NCBI GenBank assembly: GCA_964421125.1 | Contig: CAYQVD010000003.1 | Location: forward strand, 5,779-69,778 | From: an uncultured Bdellovibrionales bacterium | GTDB lineage: Bacteria; Patescibacteriota; Minisyncoccia; Moranbacterales; DUUL01 | DNA: 64,000 nucleotides | Direction: 5' to 3' | Shown here: positions 29,831 to 39,750 of the stretch, piece after piece | How positions within the stretch are numbered: the first letter of the stretch is position 1 | How the letters are laid out: every line of letters starts with the position of its first letter | Notes under the pieces: model-generated | Database searches by the model: none | Seen by the model: only the letters and a program-made list of their open reading frames with translations | What the model was told of the DNA's origin: nothing | Made by a program: the position numbers and the translations under genes

Positions 29831-30862
29831 TTAGCTTTCTAAAATAAATCTAGTCGGGATTGGTTCGTCTAAAGATTTTTTATAGTCAGATGCATTTTGG
29901 TTTTTCATTTTATATTTTCTTGGAAAAAAATGAATATTTGGGAATATCAAAGCTCCATATCCAAGAGAAGTATTGAGACTGGCGTTTGCAGGAAATTTCT
30001 TTTTCCAATAAGAGTGCTGATTTTTTTCATGCATTCCTGCTACTGTAAGACCGTTTGCCGTTATAATTTTTGGTATGTCAAAGCTCCATGTAGTCATATT
30101 ACCTTGTTGTTTTCTAGTAAAATGTTTTAATGTTTCTTTTGTATTACAAGGAAATATGAATATTGGATAAAGATTAAAAACGTCAAGATAACATAATTCA
30201 TTGATAATTCTTAATCTTCTTCCTTTTAAATTTCTAAAATTAAAATTTTCAAGAAGAGGAAACTGTTCTAAAAGCTCCTTTTGATATGTTATTGTAATAG
30301 ACCAGCCTTCACAGGATGCGCTTCTAAGAACTTTTTTAGTATTATCTTTTAATAATGGAAAAAAATTAAATAATTTAGCAGTTAAATTAGATGAATGGTA
30401 TGGAAAATTTTTCAATTCACTATAATAAGGATTTAATTTTGCATACCTGTACATTTCGTAACGATGAATTCCTATTAACCAATTAATTAACGTTAAGGTT
30501 TTCTCTGGAAAAGGCATAACAAGAGTGTACGGAACAGTTTCTTCTATGGGAAAAATTTCTCCTGGCAAAAGAAAACTTGAGTTTCTTAATGCTTCTTCTA
30601 AGAGTTCTGTAGCGTAACTCCAGCCATCTCTTATAAATTTAGCAAGAAGATTTCCCATAACTTTTCTTTCGGCTGTTAGGGAGTCCCATTTTGCACAAAA
30701 ATTAGATGGGTTCTTTGAATTTTTTACTACATTAATAGGATTTAGATAAATTGATCCACGACAAGCCTTGAAAGCTTTATTGCCAGCCAATTTTTCTGTT
30801 AAAAATTTTAGCTGTTCTTCATTGCTTGGTACATTTTTTTCTCCAGGCATTTGCTTTTCCAT
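29831..30862 (-). CDS. Orphan hypothetical protein (~343 aa)
   Basis: ATG 30862 has SD AGGAGA at 8 nt; promoter TTGACT-N17-TAAACT at 31023-30995. Confidence 0.78.
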   Translation of the reverse strand: MEKQMPGEKNVPSNEEQLKFLTEKLAGNKAFKACRGSIYLNPINVVKNSKNPSNFCAKWDSLTAERKVMGNLLAKFIRDGWSYATELLEEALRNSSFLLPGEIFPIEETVPYTLVMPFPEKTLTLINWLIGIHRYEMYRYAKLNPYYSELKNFPYHSSNLTAKLFNFFPLLKDNTKKVLRSASCEGWSITITYQKELLEQFPLLENFNFRNLKGRRLRIINELCYLDVFNLYPIFIFPCNTKETLKHFTRKQQGNMTTWSFDIPKIITANGLTVAGMHEKNQHSYWKKKFPANASLNTSLGYGALIFPNIHFFPRKYKMKNQNASDYKKSLDEPIPTRFILES

Positions 30863-31100
30863 AGTTAATTTCTCCTTTTCAAAAGCCATCTGAAGCAGTA
30901 CCCTTTGGGGGATACCATGTTAATTGTTGATTATCAGACCATCTGATAATCAAGTATCTCCTGGGAGACATTTTTTTTCAATGTACTAATTGGTAGTTTA
31001 TTATATAATTGTATTTTAGTCAAAAAGATTTTAATGACGGGAAAGATGATTTGTGGTAAAATGTTTATGTAAAGTGTTGTAAGAATAGTATTAAGACTAA

Positions 31101-31158
31101 TGGATTCCTGCTTTGCGCTATTGCTAAAGCTAGGGCGACACACGGTCGTGGGAATGAC
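31101..31158 (+). repeat. GGATTCC...GGAATGAC REP with a nested GCTAAAGCT insert
   Basis: TGGATTCCTGCTTT-[~32 nt]-CGTGGGAATGAC. Confidence 0.8.
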
Positions 31159-31253
31159 AAGAATAAGAAACGGGTTTGGTATATTTATAATTTTGAAAAT
31201 TAATTAATTGGAAATTCAATGGAAATTGTGAATTAAAAATTGAAAATTTAACA

Positions 31254-31808
31254 ATGAAAATAATTGTAGGGACAAAAAATCAAAGTAAGGTGGATGCTGT
31301 TACAGAAACACTGAGAGAGTATGAAATGTTTTCTGGAGCGGAACTTAATTTTGTTTCAGTTGAATCAGGAGTTTCGGATCAACCGAAGACATTTGAGGAA
31401 TCAGTTCGAGGAGCAAAAAATCGAGCGCAAAATGCCTTTTCTTCAAAATCTGGTTGTGATTACTCTATTGGAATTGAATCAGGTCTTTTCGAAATTCCAT
31501 TGTCAGATGGGACTTTGGCTGATCTTTGTGTTTGTGTGATTTTTAATGGGGAAGATTTTTCTTATGGATTTTCCTGTGGATTTGAATTGCCAAATAATAT
31601 TTCTGACTTAATGGTAAATGACGATTTGGATATGACTCAAGCTTCAAATGAAGCAGGTTTGAGTAAAAATCCGAAACTTGGTGCTGCAGAAGGGTTGATT
31701 GGAATTTTAACGAAAGGAAGAATTAAAAGAAAAGATTACACAAAGCAAGCAATTATGACCGCGTTGATTAAATTGGAGAATAAAGAGATTTATAATTCAT
31801 CATGCTAG
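31254..31808 (+). CDS. yjjX: Inosine/xanthosine triphosphatase (YjjX/DUF84)
   Basis: VGTKNQSKV, SGVSDQP, GAKNRA, GIESG, GLIGILT. Confidence 0.88.
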   Translation: MKIIVGTKNQSKVDAVTETLREYEMFSGAELNFVSVESGVSDQPKTFEESVRGAKNRAQNAFSSKSGCDYSIGIESGLFEIPLSDGTLADLCVCVIFNGEDFSYGFSCGFELPNNISDLMVNDDLDMTQASNEAGLSKNPKLGAAEGLIGILTKGRIKRKDYTKQAIMTALIKLENKEIYNSSC

Positions 31809-31886
31809 AAGATTTTGAATAATATGTTTTCTCCCAAAATCCCATCGGAATGGCCTGACACTCGAAAATATATTATTCAAAATCTT
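31809..31886 (+). repeat. Palindromic element, TTTTCTCSC family
   Basis: AAGATTTTGAATAATAT / ATATTATTCAAAATCTT arms; inverted copy at 762-837. Confidence 0.9.
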
Positions 31887-31931
31887 TGGAAACTTTTATT
31901 TAAATATCTAGGTTAGTAATTAATCAAAAAT

Positions 31932-32804
31932 ATGCCTGAATTGCCGGAGGTGCAGACAGTTGTGGATGATTTGAATAAGAAGATTAAAGGATCTTTGATT
32001 GTTGATTTTTGGACGGATTGGGCGAAATCGATTAAGAATCAGCTTGCTTTTTTTAAGAGAAAAATAAAAAATAAGAAAATTGCTGTGGTGAAACGAAGAG
32101 CAAAGAATATTTTAATTTATCTTGATGACGGACAAGTGATGTTGGTGCATTTGAAAATGACGGGGCATTTGCTTTTAAAGAGAGAAAAAGTGAGTAAAAA
32201 AGATCAGGAATTTTTTAAGGAAAGAGTTAATCAATATATTCATCATGTTTGGACATTGAAAAAAGGGAAAAGTGAAATGAAATTAGAATTTTCTGATTTG
32301 AGAAAGTTTGGAAAGATTCAGTTGTTTAAAAACGAAGAAGAGTTATTTAAGGAGAAAAATTTTGTAGCACTTGGGACGGAGCCGTTGGATGAGGGTTTTG
32401 ATTTTAAGAAGTTTGAAGAATTTTTGAATAAGAAGCCGAAAATGTTAGTGCGGAACTTTTTATTAAGTCAGAAAATTATTGCTGGTATTGGAAATATTTA
32501 TGTTTCTGAGATTATGTTTGAAGCGCGGGTTCATCCTGGGAGAATTATTAAGAGTTTAAGTAAAAAAGAAAAAAAAGATTTATTTAAGTTTACTAAAAAA
32601 ATTCTTAAAAAAGCAATTGAATTGCGAGGGACTTCCGATTCAGATTATCGAGACACGACTGGTGCGCCAGGAGGTTTTCAAAAAATCTTAAAAGTGTATA
32701 ATAGAGAAAAGGAAAAATGCAAAAGAAAAGGTTGCAATGGGATTGTTAAGCGAGAAAAATTTAATCAAAGAAGCGCTTATTTTTGTGAGGGGTGTCAGAA
32801 GTAA
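31932..32804 (+). CDS. mutM: Formamidopyrimidine-DNA glycosylase
   Basis: MPELPEV, HLKMTG, GIGNIY, C-terminal Zn finger. Confidence 0.96.
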   Translation: MPELPEVQTVVDDLNKKIKGSLIVDFWTDWAKSIKNQLAFFKRKIKNKKIAVVKRRAKNILIYLDDGQVMLVHLKMTGHLLLKREKVSKKDQEFFKERVNQYIHHVWTLKKGKSEMKLEFSDLRKFGKIQLFKNEEELFKEKNFVALGTEPLDEGFDFKKFEEFLNKKPKMLVRNFLLSQKIIAGIGNIYVSEIMFEARVHPGRIIKSLSKKEKKDLFKFTKKILKKAIELRGTSDSDYRDTTGAPGGFQKILKVYNREKEKCKRKGCNGIVKREKFNQRSAYFCEGCQK

Positions 32805-32840
32805 TTTAATAATATTTTAATAGAATAATAAAACAAAAAA

Positions 32841-34055
32841 ATGCAGAATAATATTTATAAGCCAAAACAAGAAATGTATATTAGTGGAGATGAAAAAGGA
32901 AATAGTGGCCCTTCTGGAGGAAAATCTAATTTTAAGAATGGTCTAATCTTTGTGATTGTGGTAATTGTGATTATTGGTCTTGTTTGGTTTGTTTCAAATA
33001 AATCAAAGGATGATCGACAGGGAGAATTGATAGAAATTGAAAATAATGGAAGTGCGCCGAGTCAAGAAATTTTAAATGAAGGAGAGGTAAGTCCGATTAC
33101 GGGATTAGCTTGTGAAAATTGGAATCGACGTCCAATGGCTGTTATGCAACCTTCAGATGCTCCTGCGCGTCCAGCTGCGGGGTTTTCTGATGCAGACATG
33201 GTGATTGAGATGCCAGTAATTACGGCATCGATTACGAGGCTTATGGGAATTTATATTTGTGGAAACCCAGAAGATGTTGGGTCAATGAGAAGTTCAAGAC
33301 ATGATTTTCTTCATCTTGCGAAAGGACTAGATGCAATTTATGTTCATTGGGGAGGGTCAAGTTATGCAAAAGAAAAACTCAACGAGGGAGTGATTGATAA
33401 TATTAATTGTAATGATGATGGAGGAAAGTCAGGGTCACAATGTTGTTTTAGGAAAGAAGGCATGAGTCGAGGGGTTGATTCTGGATATGCGAAGTTTGAT
33501 AAGTTGCTTGAATGCTCAGAGGATTTTGGTTACCGAATGGAAGGAGAATTTGGTGGATATGCTCATCAAGCGGATGCACCAGAAAGTGATCGTCCATTAG
33601 GAGGAAATTTAAGAGTTGGATTTGCTGGAGTTTCTGGGGTTAATTATGAATATGATAAAAAAACTAATAGTTATTTGAGATTTTGGGGTGGCGAAGAGGA
33701 TTTTGATAGAAATAATGATAAGCGTCATGCTCCAAAAAATGTCGTTGTGATGATGGCTTTATCTGAGCAGATAGCTAAGGGGGAACAGTATAATAATATT
33801 CAAATTGGTGATCCTTGGTATGACAAGACTGATTCAGGGGAGGCTTATTATTATATAAATGGTCAGCAAATAAAAGGAACTTGGAAAAAGAGTAAAACAA
33901 GAATTGATTCCAAGCTAGTATTTTCAGATCAAAATGGTAGTGATATTGAATTTGTTCCAGGACAAATTTGGGTTGAGGTTCTCGAACCAGGACAAGGATT
34001 GAAATGGCGACCAATTGAAGCTGAAACAGAAATTGAAGATGGAATAGAGGAGTAA
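32841..34055 (+). CDS. DUF3048 (YerB-like) membrane-anchored protein
   Basis: SPITGL...RPMAVM...ARPAAGFSDAD...GSMRSSR; PGQIWVEV. Confidence 0.8.
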   Translation: MQNNIYKPKQEMYISGDEKGNSGPSGGKSNFKNGLIFVIVVIVIIGLVWFVSNKSKDDRQGELIEIENNGSAPSQEILNEGEVSPITGLACENWNRRPMAVMQPSDAPARPAAGFSDADMVIEMPVITASITRLMGIYICGNPEDVGSMRSSRHDFLHLAKGLDAIYVHWGGSSYAKEKLNEGVIDNINCNDDGGKSGSQCCFRKEGMSRGVDSGYAKFDKLLECSEDFGYRMEGEFGGYAHQADAPESDRPLGGNLRVGFAGVSGVNYEYDKKTNSYLRFWGGEEDFDRNNDKRHAPKNVVVMMALSEQIAKGEQYNNIQIGDPWYDKTDSGEAYYYINGQQIKGTWKKSKTRIDSKLVFSDQNGSDIEFVPGQIWVEVLEPGQGLKWRPIEAETEIEDGIEE

Positions 34056-34081
34056 AGATTAAATTCGATTTTTTATAATAA

Positions 34082-34116
34082 CCCTCCCTAGCCCTCCTTT
34101 ATAATAAGAGAGGGGA
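34082..34116 (+). repeat. CCCTCCC...CCTCCTTTATAATAAG..AGG hairpin repeat
   Basis: Related copies at 35736-35768 and 53729-53783. Confidence 0.7.
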
Positions 34117-34154
34117 TAAAAGAGACACTGTTTAGGTTTTATAATTTTAAAGGA

Positions 34155-35114
34155 ATGGTTTATTTATTATTTGGGAAAGCGAATTTTTTGATTAAAGAGG
34201 AGCAGGAAAGAATTGTTGCTGATTTTGTTGTGAAAAATCCAGAGGCAAATATTCAAAAGTTTGATGCAGAAGAAGATTGGAATATTTTCACGGTAAAAGA
34301 ATCTATTGGACAAGGAGGTGGACTTTTTTCTTCTGAGAAATTAATTTTAATTAGAAATATTGATAAGGTGAATAAGCAGGACCAAGAGGAATTGGCAGAG
34401 CTTATTAAATTATCAATTCCGGAAGAGAGTGATAATACGATTGTTTTTACTGCAGAGAAGGCAGTGAAAAAAGAAAAGATCTTTAGAGTGCTTTTTTCAA
34501 AAGCAAAGACGGTTGAATTTAAGAATTTAACAGGGGATGTGCTCAGGAGGTGGATTATTAAGAAAGTTAATGATTTATCAGAAGGAGAGGTGAGTATTGA
34601 TAATATGGCAGTTTCTCGGCTTGAATTAATGTTTGGCAAAGATCTTTGGCAACTTGGGAATGCAATTAATGTTTTAGTTAATTTCTGCGGTGAAAAAAAG
34701 CAGATAACTAAAGCAGATGTTAATGAGGTTTGTCGAGGAAGAATTGATGTAAAGATTTTTGATTTTGTTGATGCAATTGGAGCTCGAAATAAAAGTCGAG
34801 CAATTGAATTGCTGAATTCACTTCTTAATCAGGGAGAAAGTGGTTTCTACATTCTTTCAATGATCTTATTTCAACTTCGAAATTTAGTAAAAGTTTTTTC
34901 AATTTCTAAGAATGGTCCAACTAACTCAACGATTGTGAGTAAAAAACTTTCAATTCATCCTTTTGTTGCTCAAAAAACCTTGGGGCAGTTAAATAACTTT
35001 TCTTCGGAATCTCTCAAAAAAGTTTATCAGCAAGTGGCTGATCTTGATTATCAAGCAAAGATTGGTGAAAAATCAATCGAAGATGGACTGACTGATTTTA
35101 TTGTTTCACTTTAA
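34155..35114 (+). CDS. holA: DNA polymerase III subunit delta
   Basis: VYLLFG, GLFSSEKLILIRN, IFDFVDAI, IHPFVAQK. Confidence 0.9.
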   Translation: MVYLLFGKANFLIKEEQERIVADFVVKNPEANIQKFDAEEDWNIFTVKESIGQGGGLFSSEKLILIRNIDKVNKQDQEELAELIKLSIPEESDNTIVFTAEKAVKKEKIFRVLFSKAKTVEFKNLTGDVLRRWIIKKVNDLSEGEVSIDNMAVSRLELMFGKDLWQLGNAINVLVNFCGEKKQITKADVNEVCRGRIDVKIFDFVDAIGARNKSRAIELLNSLLNQGESGFYILSMILFQLRNLVKVFSISKNGPTNSTIVSKKLSIHPFVAQKTLGQLNNFSSESLKKVYQQVADLDYQAKIGEKSIEDGLTDFIVSL

Positions 35115-35123
35115 AAAGATTAA

Positions 35124-35681
35124 ATGCAAAATATTAATCAAGAAAAAGAATTGAAGAAATTTTTCGATGATTATTTGTTGGATAAAAAAGTTGCCTTGAA
35201 GTTCATTAAAAGATTGATGAAAGGAAGGCTAACCAGAGATGAAAATCCAGAATCTCATTTTTCTACTTATTTTGCTGCTTATGATCTTAGTGCTAGGCAA
35301 ATTTTTATTGGTCTTCATAAAAAAGCTGGACTTTGGCTTTTTAATGGGGGACATATCGATAAGGGAGAATTAATAAGACAAACTTTAACTAGAGAAATTA
35401 ATGAGGAATGGGGGATTGATAGCAATGATCTTGAGATCAAATCACCAGCCTTTTTGACTATTACTGAAATTGATAATCCTAGCAAGCAATCTTGTAGAAT
35501 TCATTATGACTTGTGGCATTTTATATCAGTAGATAAAAATTATTTTAATCCAGAAAAGGAAAAATTACTACAAGAGTTTCATGAGGCTGGTTGGAAAAGT
35601 TTAAAAGAAGCTAAAGATTTAATAAGAGATAGAAATACCTTAAAGGCAATCGATTTTATTGAGAAAAATTATTTTGTTTAA
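35124..35681 (+). CDS. NUDIX hydrolase
   Basis: HKKAGLWLFNGGHIDKGELIRQTLTREINEEWG. Confidence 0.9.
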   Translation: MQNINQEKELKKFFDDYLLDKKVALKFIKRLMKGRLTRDENPESHFSTYFAAYDLSARQIFIGLHKKAGLWLFNGGHIDKGELIRQTLTREINEEWGIDSNDLEIKSPAFLTITEIDNPSKQSCRIHYDLWHFISVDKNYFNPEKEKLLQEFHEAGWKSLKEAKDLIRDRNTLKAIDFIEKNYFV

Positions 35682-35777
35682 AAATAAAAACGGGAAATAA
35701 AAAACAAACCGCGAGGTCTGTTTTTTTGTAATAATCTTCCTGTTCCTCCTTTTATAATAAGGGGAGAGAAATTAGAG

Positions 35778-36503
35778 TTATTTTAAATTCTCCCAAAGAA
35801 GATGGAAGAGTTTTTGGTAGGATTTGATGGCGATGGCTTGTTCGATGACATAGCCGTCTTCTTTTTCAAAAAGATAGGTTTTGTCGGCAATGATAATGCT
35901 GAGAGAGTTCTTATCCTTAGAAAATTTTCTGGTTACAAAATCAAGCTCCTTACTTTTTAGAAGTTTGGCATGAATTTCATGGACTTCGATTTCACCCATT
36001 CTTGTTTTAATTTTTTTATAAACATCTGTGAGTTCCTTGGTCGGTAGAGTATTTTTAGCAGATAGAAGAACTTTAATTTTCTTGGTACTTGAGTTTGAAA
36101 GATCTTCCAGGAGGATTTTGTGACTTTGTTTTCCTGAATACATCTTGATTTCATTTTTATTGGAAAGAAGATGATATTTCCCTTGAAGAACGGAAATAAT
36201 TCTTAAGAACTCTCTTTCTTGTTCTTCAACTTTTCTTTTTTGTACTTTAAGGATTTTAAGGAAATTGTCAGGAGATCCAGCAATGTATTGACTTTTTTTG
36301 CCTTTTTGGACCTTGTTGATCAATTCTTTCTTTTCAAGGCTTTCAAGAATACGATAGACAGTCGGACGACTTAGGCCCGCTTGTTTTCCGATTTTTCCAA
36401 TACTAATATAGCCTGATTCAAGAAGAATTAAGTAAACATCGGCTTCATTTTTATTTAATCCCAATTTTCGAAGCTCAAGAGGGAGGTAATCGTATTTTTG
36501 CAT
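35778..36503 (-). CDS. TrmB-family HTH transcriptional regulator
   Basis: LRKLGLNKNEADVYLILL...LSRPTVYRILESLEKKELI...IKMYSG. Confidence 0.88.
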   Translation of the reverse strand: MQKYDYLPLELRKLGLNKNEADVYLILLESGYISIGKIGKQAGLSRPTVYRILESLEKKELINKVQKGKKSQYIAGSPDNFLKILKVQKRKVEEQEREFLRIISVLQGKYHLLSNKNEIKMYSGKQSHKILLEDLSNSSTKKIKVLLSAKNTLPTKELTDVYKKIKTRMGEIEVHEIHAKLLKSKELDFVTRKFSKDKNSLSIIIADKTYLFEKEDGYVIEQAIAIKSYQKLFHLLWENLK

Positions 36504-36513
36504 AAAAGTGTTG

Positions 36514-36672
36514 GAGTCTGTTCAAAATATCCATATTCTATTGCAAATTCCATATTTATGCTGTAAATTGTTCAAAAATCGTCAGAATATCACCGATATT
36601 CTTTCTCATTTTTCACAATTTTCGCTATAAATCTGAAATTTTCATAACGAAAGAGAAATTATGAACAGACTC
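36514..36672 (+). repeat. ~159-nt RPE-like palindromic element
   Basis: Termini GAGTCTGTTCA / TGAACAGACTC, flanked by TG on both sides; internal architecture shared with 57860-58020. Confidence 0.85.
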
Positions 36673-36766
36673 TGGAACATTATTAAATTAATGTTACAAT
36701 ATTAATGATTAATAATCAACTATTTTGTTGTTTTTGTCAAGCTTTTTATATGTATGTATTTTGAAA

Positions 36767-36905
36767 AAAACAAAACATGTCCATTTTTTTCACTGAATTT
36801 ATATTTGCTTTTGGATGGATAGGTAGTTAAAGATAGTGACTTATTAAGTGGTTGGGTTCTTCTTTTCGATACCATTACGTTCAAAAAATGAACATGCTTT
36901 GTTTT
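36767..36905. repeat. 23-bp inverted repeat pair (candidate operator or MITE ends)
   Basis: AAAACAAAACATGTCCATTTTTT versus reverse complement of 36883-36905, AAAACAAAGCATGTTCATTTTTT (21/23). Confidence 0.7.
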
Positions 36906-36969
36906 GATGTCTTGGTGTTCAAGAATTAAGAATTGTTATACGTTCTTGGTTTATTTGTCTTTCTCTTAA

Positions 36970-36995
36970 TGGATTCCTGTCTTCGCAGGAATGAT
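36970..36995 (+). repeat. GGATTCC...GGAATGA REP
   Basis: TGGATTCCTGTCTTCGCAGGAATGAT. Confidence 0.85.
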
Positions 36996-37138
36996 AATGT
37001 TTTTGTTTAATAATTTGAAATTGAAAATTATTTTAAAATTAATAATTAATAATTAAAAATTAGTGTTAGGCTATTGCAAAAAATGTTTAGGCAAGGCATA
37101 ATGATTAATGAATGTAGGTATTAATAAAGACTTAAAAC

Positions 37139-37165
37139 TGGATTCCCAATCGAGTTGGGAATGAC
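37139..37165 (+). repeat. GGATTCC...GGAATGAC REP
   Basis: TGGATTCCCAATCGAGTTGGGAATGAC. Confidence 0.85.
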
Positions 37166-37195
37166 AAGGATTATAAATATTATTTTAAATAAAAT

Positions 37196-38983
37196 ATGTT
37201 AAGAACGCATACATGCGGAGAATTGAATAAAACCAGTGAAGGTCAGGAGGTGACTTTGGCAGGTTGGGTTCATCGTAGGAGAGATCATGGAGGTATTATC
37301 TTTATTGATCTTCGGGATCGTTATGGGCTTACTCAAATTAAGTTTGATGTTTCGAATAATCCAGAAATTCAAGAAGAAGCTGAAAAATTAAGAAGTGAAT
37401 GGGTTATTCAGGTAACTGGAAAAGTCTTGAATCGTCCAGATAATATGATTAATTCAAAACTTAAAACTGGTGAGGTTGAAGTTTTTGTGGAGAAGCTTGA
37501 TATTTTGAATAAATCAAAAACGCCTCCTTTTGAGCTTGATGAAGAAAAGTCAAATGAGGCAAATGAAAATTTAAGGTTAAAATATCGGTTTATTGATTTG
37601 AGACGACCAGAATTGCAAAAACTTTTGGCTCTCAAGGCTGATTTTTTTGAACATTTGAGAAGCTATTTTAAAAAAGAAGGGTTTTTTGAAATTCAAACTC
37701 CAATTCTTGCAAATTCTTCTCCTGAGGGAGCACGAGACTTTGTGATTCCGTCACGACTTCATCCTGGAAAATTTTATGCTCTTCCGCAAGCTCCGCAGCA
37801 ATTCAAGCAATTATTAATGGTAGGAGGAGTAGATAAATACTTTCAAATTGCTCCATGTTTTCGAGATGAGGACCCAAGAATGGATCGGCATTATGGAGAG
37901 TTTTATCAACTAGATATGGAAATGAGTTTTGTTGAGCAAGAGGACGTTTTTGCAGTAATGGAGCCGGTGATGATTGAGTTGACGGAGAAATTTTCTGACA
38001 AAAAAATAGTTAACCTTGAAGAAGACGGAAGTTTCAAGAAGATTCCTTGGAAAGAGGCAATGAATAAATATGGAATAGATAAACCAGATTTGAGATTTGA
38101 TTTGGAAATTAAGCCTGTTACTGAGTTAGTGAAGGATTGTGAATTTGCAGTTTTTGCTGGTGCGGTCGAAAAAGGAGGAGTAGTTCATGCTTTAAAAGTT
38201 GATTCTGGTGCAAAATTTACTCGAAAAGAAATTGACGAACTTACTGAAATAGCAAAAGAAAAGGGTGCGAAAGGATTGGCATATATTGTCTTGGAAGAAG
38301 ATGGAAGCTTGAAGTCTCCGATTGTGAAATTTTTGGGAGAGACTCTGGTTCAAAAGATTATTACAGAAGTTGAGGCGAAGTTGGGTGATATCATTTTCTT
38401 TGGAGCAGATGAATGGAGAATCGTTTGTGAGAGTCTTGGGGCTGTTCGAAATGAATGTGCTGAAAGACTTGGTCTTAAGGATAATAAAAAAGCTGCTTGG
38501 TGCTGGATCGTTGATTTTCCAATGTATGATTATTCAGAGATTGAAGAGGGAAGAATTGATTTTGGACATAATCCATTTTCAATGCCTCAAGGAGGGATGA
38601 AAGCTTTGGAAGAAAAAAAGCCTTTGGATATTCTAGCTTATCAATATGATTTAGTAATAAATGGGTTTGAAGCTTCTAGTGGAGCGATTAGAAATCATGA
38701 TCCAGAGGCTATGTATAAAGCGTTTGAAATTGCTGGTTATTCAAAAGAAGAAGTAGACAGTCGATTCGGTGCAATGATTGAAGCATTTAAATATGGAGCA
38801 CCTCCACACGGAGGAAATGCACCTGGAATTGATCGAATCTTGATGGTTTTGCAAGACTTGAATTCTATTCGTGATATTTATGCTTTTCCAAAAGATGGGA
38901 GTGGTAAGGATTTAATGATGAATAGCCCAAGCGAGATTGATGAAAAGCAGTTAAGAGAATTGAATATAAAGAAGCTGAAATAG
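37196..38983 (+). CDS. aspS: Aspartate--tRNA ligase
   Basis: RTHTCGEL, RRRDHGG, PEGARDF, ALPQAPQQFKQLLM, GAPPHGG. Confidence 0.97.
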   Translation: MLRTHTCGELNKTSEGQEVTLAGWVHRRRDHGGIIFIDLRDRYGLTQIKFDVSNNPEIQEEAEKLRSEWVIQVTGKVLNRPDNMINSKLKTGEVEVFVEKLDILNKSKTPPFELDEEKSNEANENLRLKYRFIDLRRPELQKLLALKADFFEHLRSYFKKEGFFEIQTPILANSSPEGARDFVIPSRLHPGKFYALPQAPQQFKQLLMVGGVDKYFQIAPCFRDEDPRMDRHYGEFYQLDMEMSFVEQEDVFAVMEPVMIELTEKFSDKKIVNLEEDGSFKKIPWKEAMNKYGIDKPDLRFDLEIKPVTELVKDCEFAVFAGAVEKGGVVHALKVDSGAKFTRKEIDELTEIAKEKGAKGLAYIVLEEDGSLKSPIVKFLGETLVQKIITEVEAKLGDIIFFGADEWRIVCESLGAVRNECAERLGLKDNKKAAWCWIVDFPMYDYSEIEEGRIDFGHNPFSMPQGGMKALEEKKPLDILAYQYDLVINGFEASSGAIRNHDPEAMYKAFEIAGYSKEEVDSRFGAMIEAFKYGAPPHGGNAPGIDRILMVLQDLNSIRDIYAFPKDGSGKDLMMNSPSEIDEKQLRELNIKKLK

Positions 38984-39058
38984 AGTTAGTTTGATATTAT
39001 GAAAAAGCCTTCCTGAATGAACAGGAGAGTTTTTTATTTTATAAAAATTTTTGGAAAA

Positions 39059-39100
39059 GAAAAAAGCCAAGAATTTTGTTGATAAAAACTCTTGGCTTTT
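39059..39100. terminator. Terminator for the convergent orphan gene
   Basis: AAAAAGCCAAGA..TCTTGGCTTTT. Confidence 0.7.
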
Positions 39101-39131
39101 CGGTTGCGTTTCTTTTTCTTCCATTTTATTA

Positions 39132-39383
39132 TTACTCCTGTTTAGCGGGAAGAAGTGATTGATTGATCCAATCTGTAATAACGAGAGATCCGGTCACAAT
39201 TACTTGACCGGCGATGAGGCCAATCGCGAACCAAATTGGGCTACCAGTAGTAGCAGACATGATGATGCCAATTGATCCTCCTAGGCCAAATGTAAGAGGG
39301 GATAAAATTAGAATCATTAATGGGTGCAATAGTACCCCCATCATTTCTTTCAGAGTCAGTCTTTCTGCTTTTTTTTGTGACAT
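39132..39383 (-). CDS. Small orphan membrane protein (83 aa, MSQKKAERL...)
   Basis: SD GGGAGG 6 nt before ATG 39383; promoter TTGACA-N17-TATGCT at 39461-39433, so the track's TTG start is the -35 box. Confidence 0.75.
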   Translation of the reverse strand: MSQKKAERLTLKEMMGVLLHPLMILILSPLTFGLGGSIGIIMSATTGSPIWFAIGLIAGQVIVTGSLVITDWINQSLLPAKQE

Positions 39384-39554
39384 GGCATACCTCCCTTTGT
39401 GGTTGATTTCAAGTTGCTTCATTTGAAATCGAAGCATAGCATGGGTATTTTTATTTGTCAAGTTTGTCCGGGGTGGTTTAACACTTATTTATGATAAAAA
39501 GGCTTATGTAATGGGGTAAAAAGATGCTTGTGGATAACTTGTTTCATGGGGGCT

Positions 39555-39583
39555 TGACAACTTGAAATGGATATGATATAAAG
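39555..39583 (+). promoter_or_regulatory. Sigma70 promoter upstream of the 40056 locus
   Basis: GGGGC-TTGACA-N17-TATAAA with extended TG; context resembles the 21243 promoter. Confidence 0.65.
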
Positions 39584-39640
39584 AGTGTAATAAATATTAA
39601 TGTAGATAAACAGGAAATTTAGTTGGACGTAAAAGTACTT

Positions 39641-39736
39641 TGTTATTTCGAATGTAGTTGAGAAATCTTTATTTAAAGGGGACTAAATAAAGACTGTAAG
39701 AAGCAGAAAGATCTTTCGACTACGCTCAGGACGACA
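39641..39736. repeat. REP doublet (TGTTATTTCGAATGTAGTTGAGAAATCT ... AGATCTTTCGACTACGCTCAGGACGACA)
   Basis: Two inverted, mutually pairing units enclosing a TCTTTATTTA/TAAATAAAGA hairpin. Confidence 0.65.
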
Positions 39737-39750
39737 GAGCGTCGAATTAT

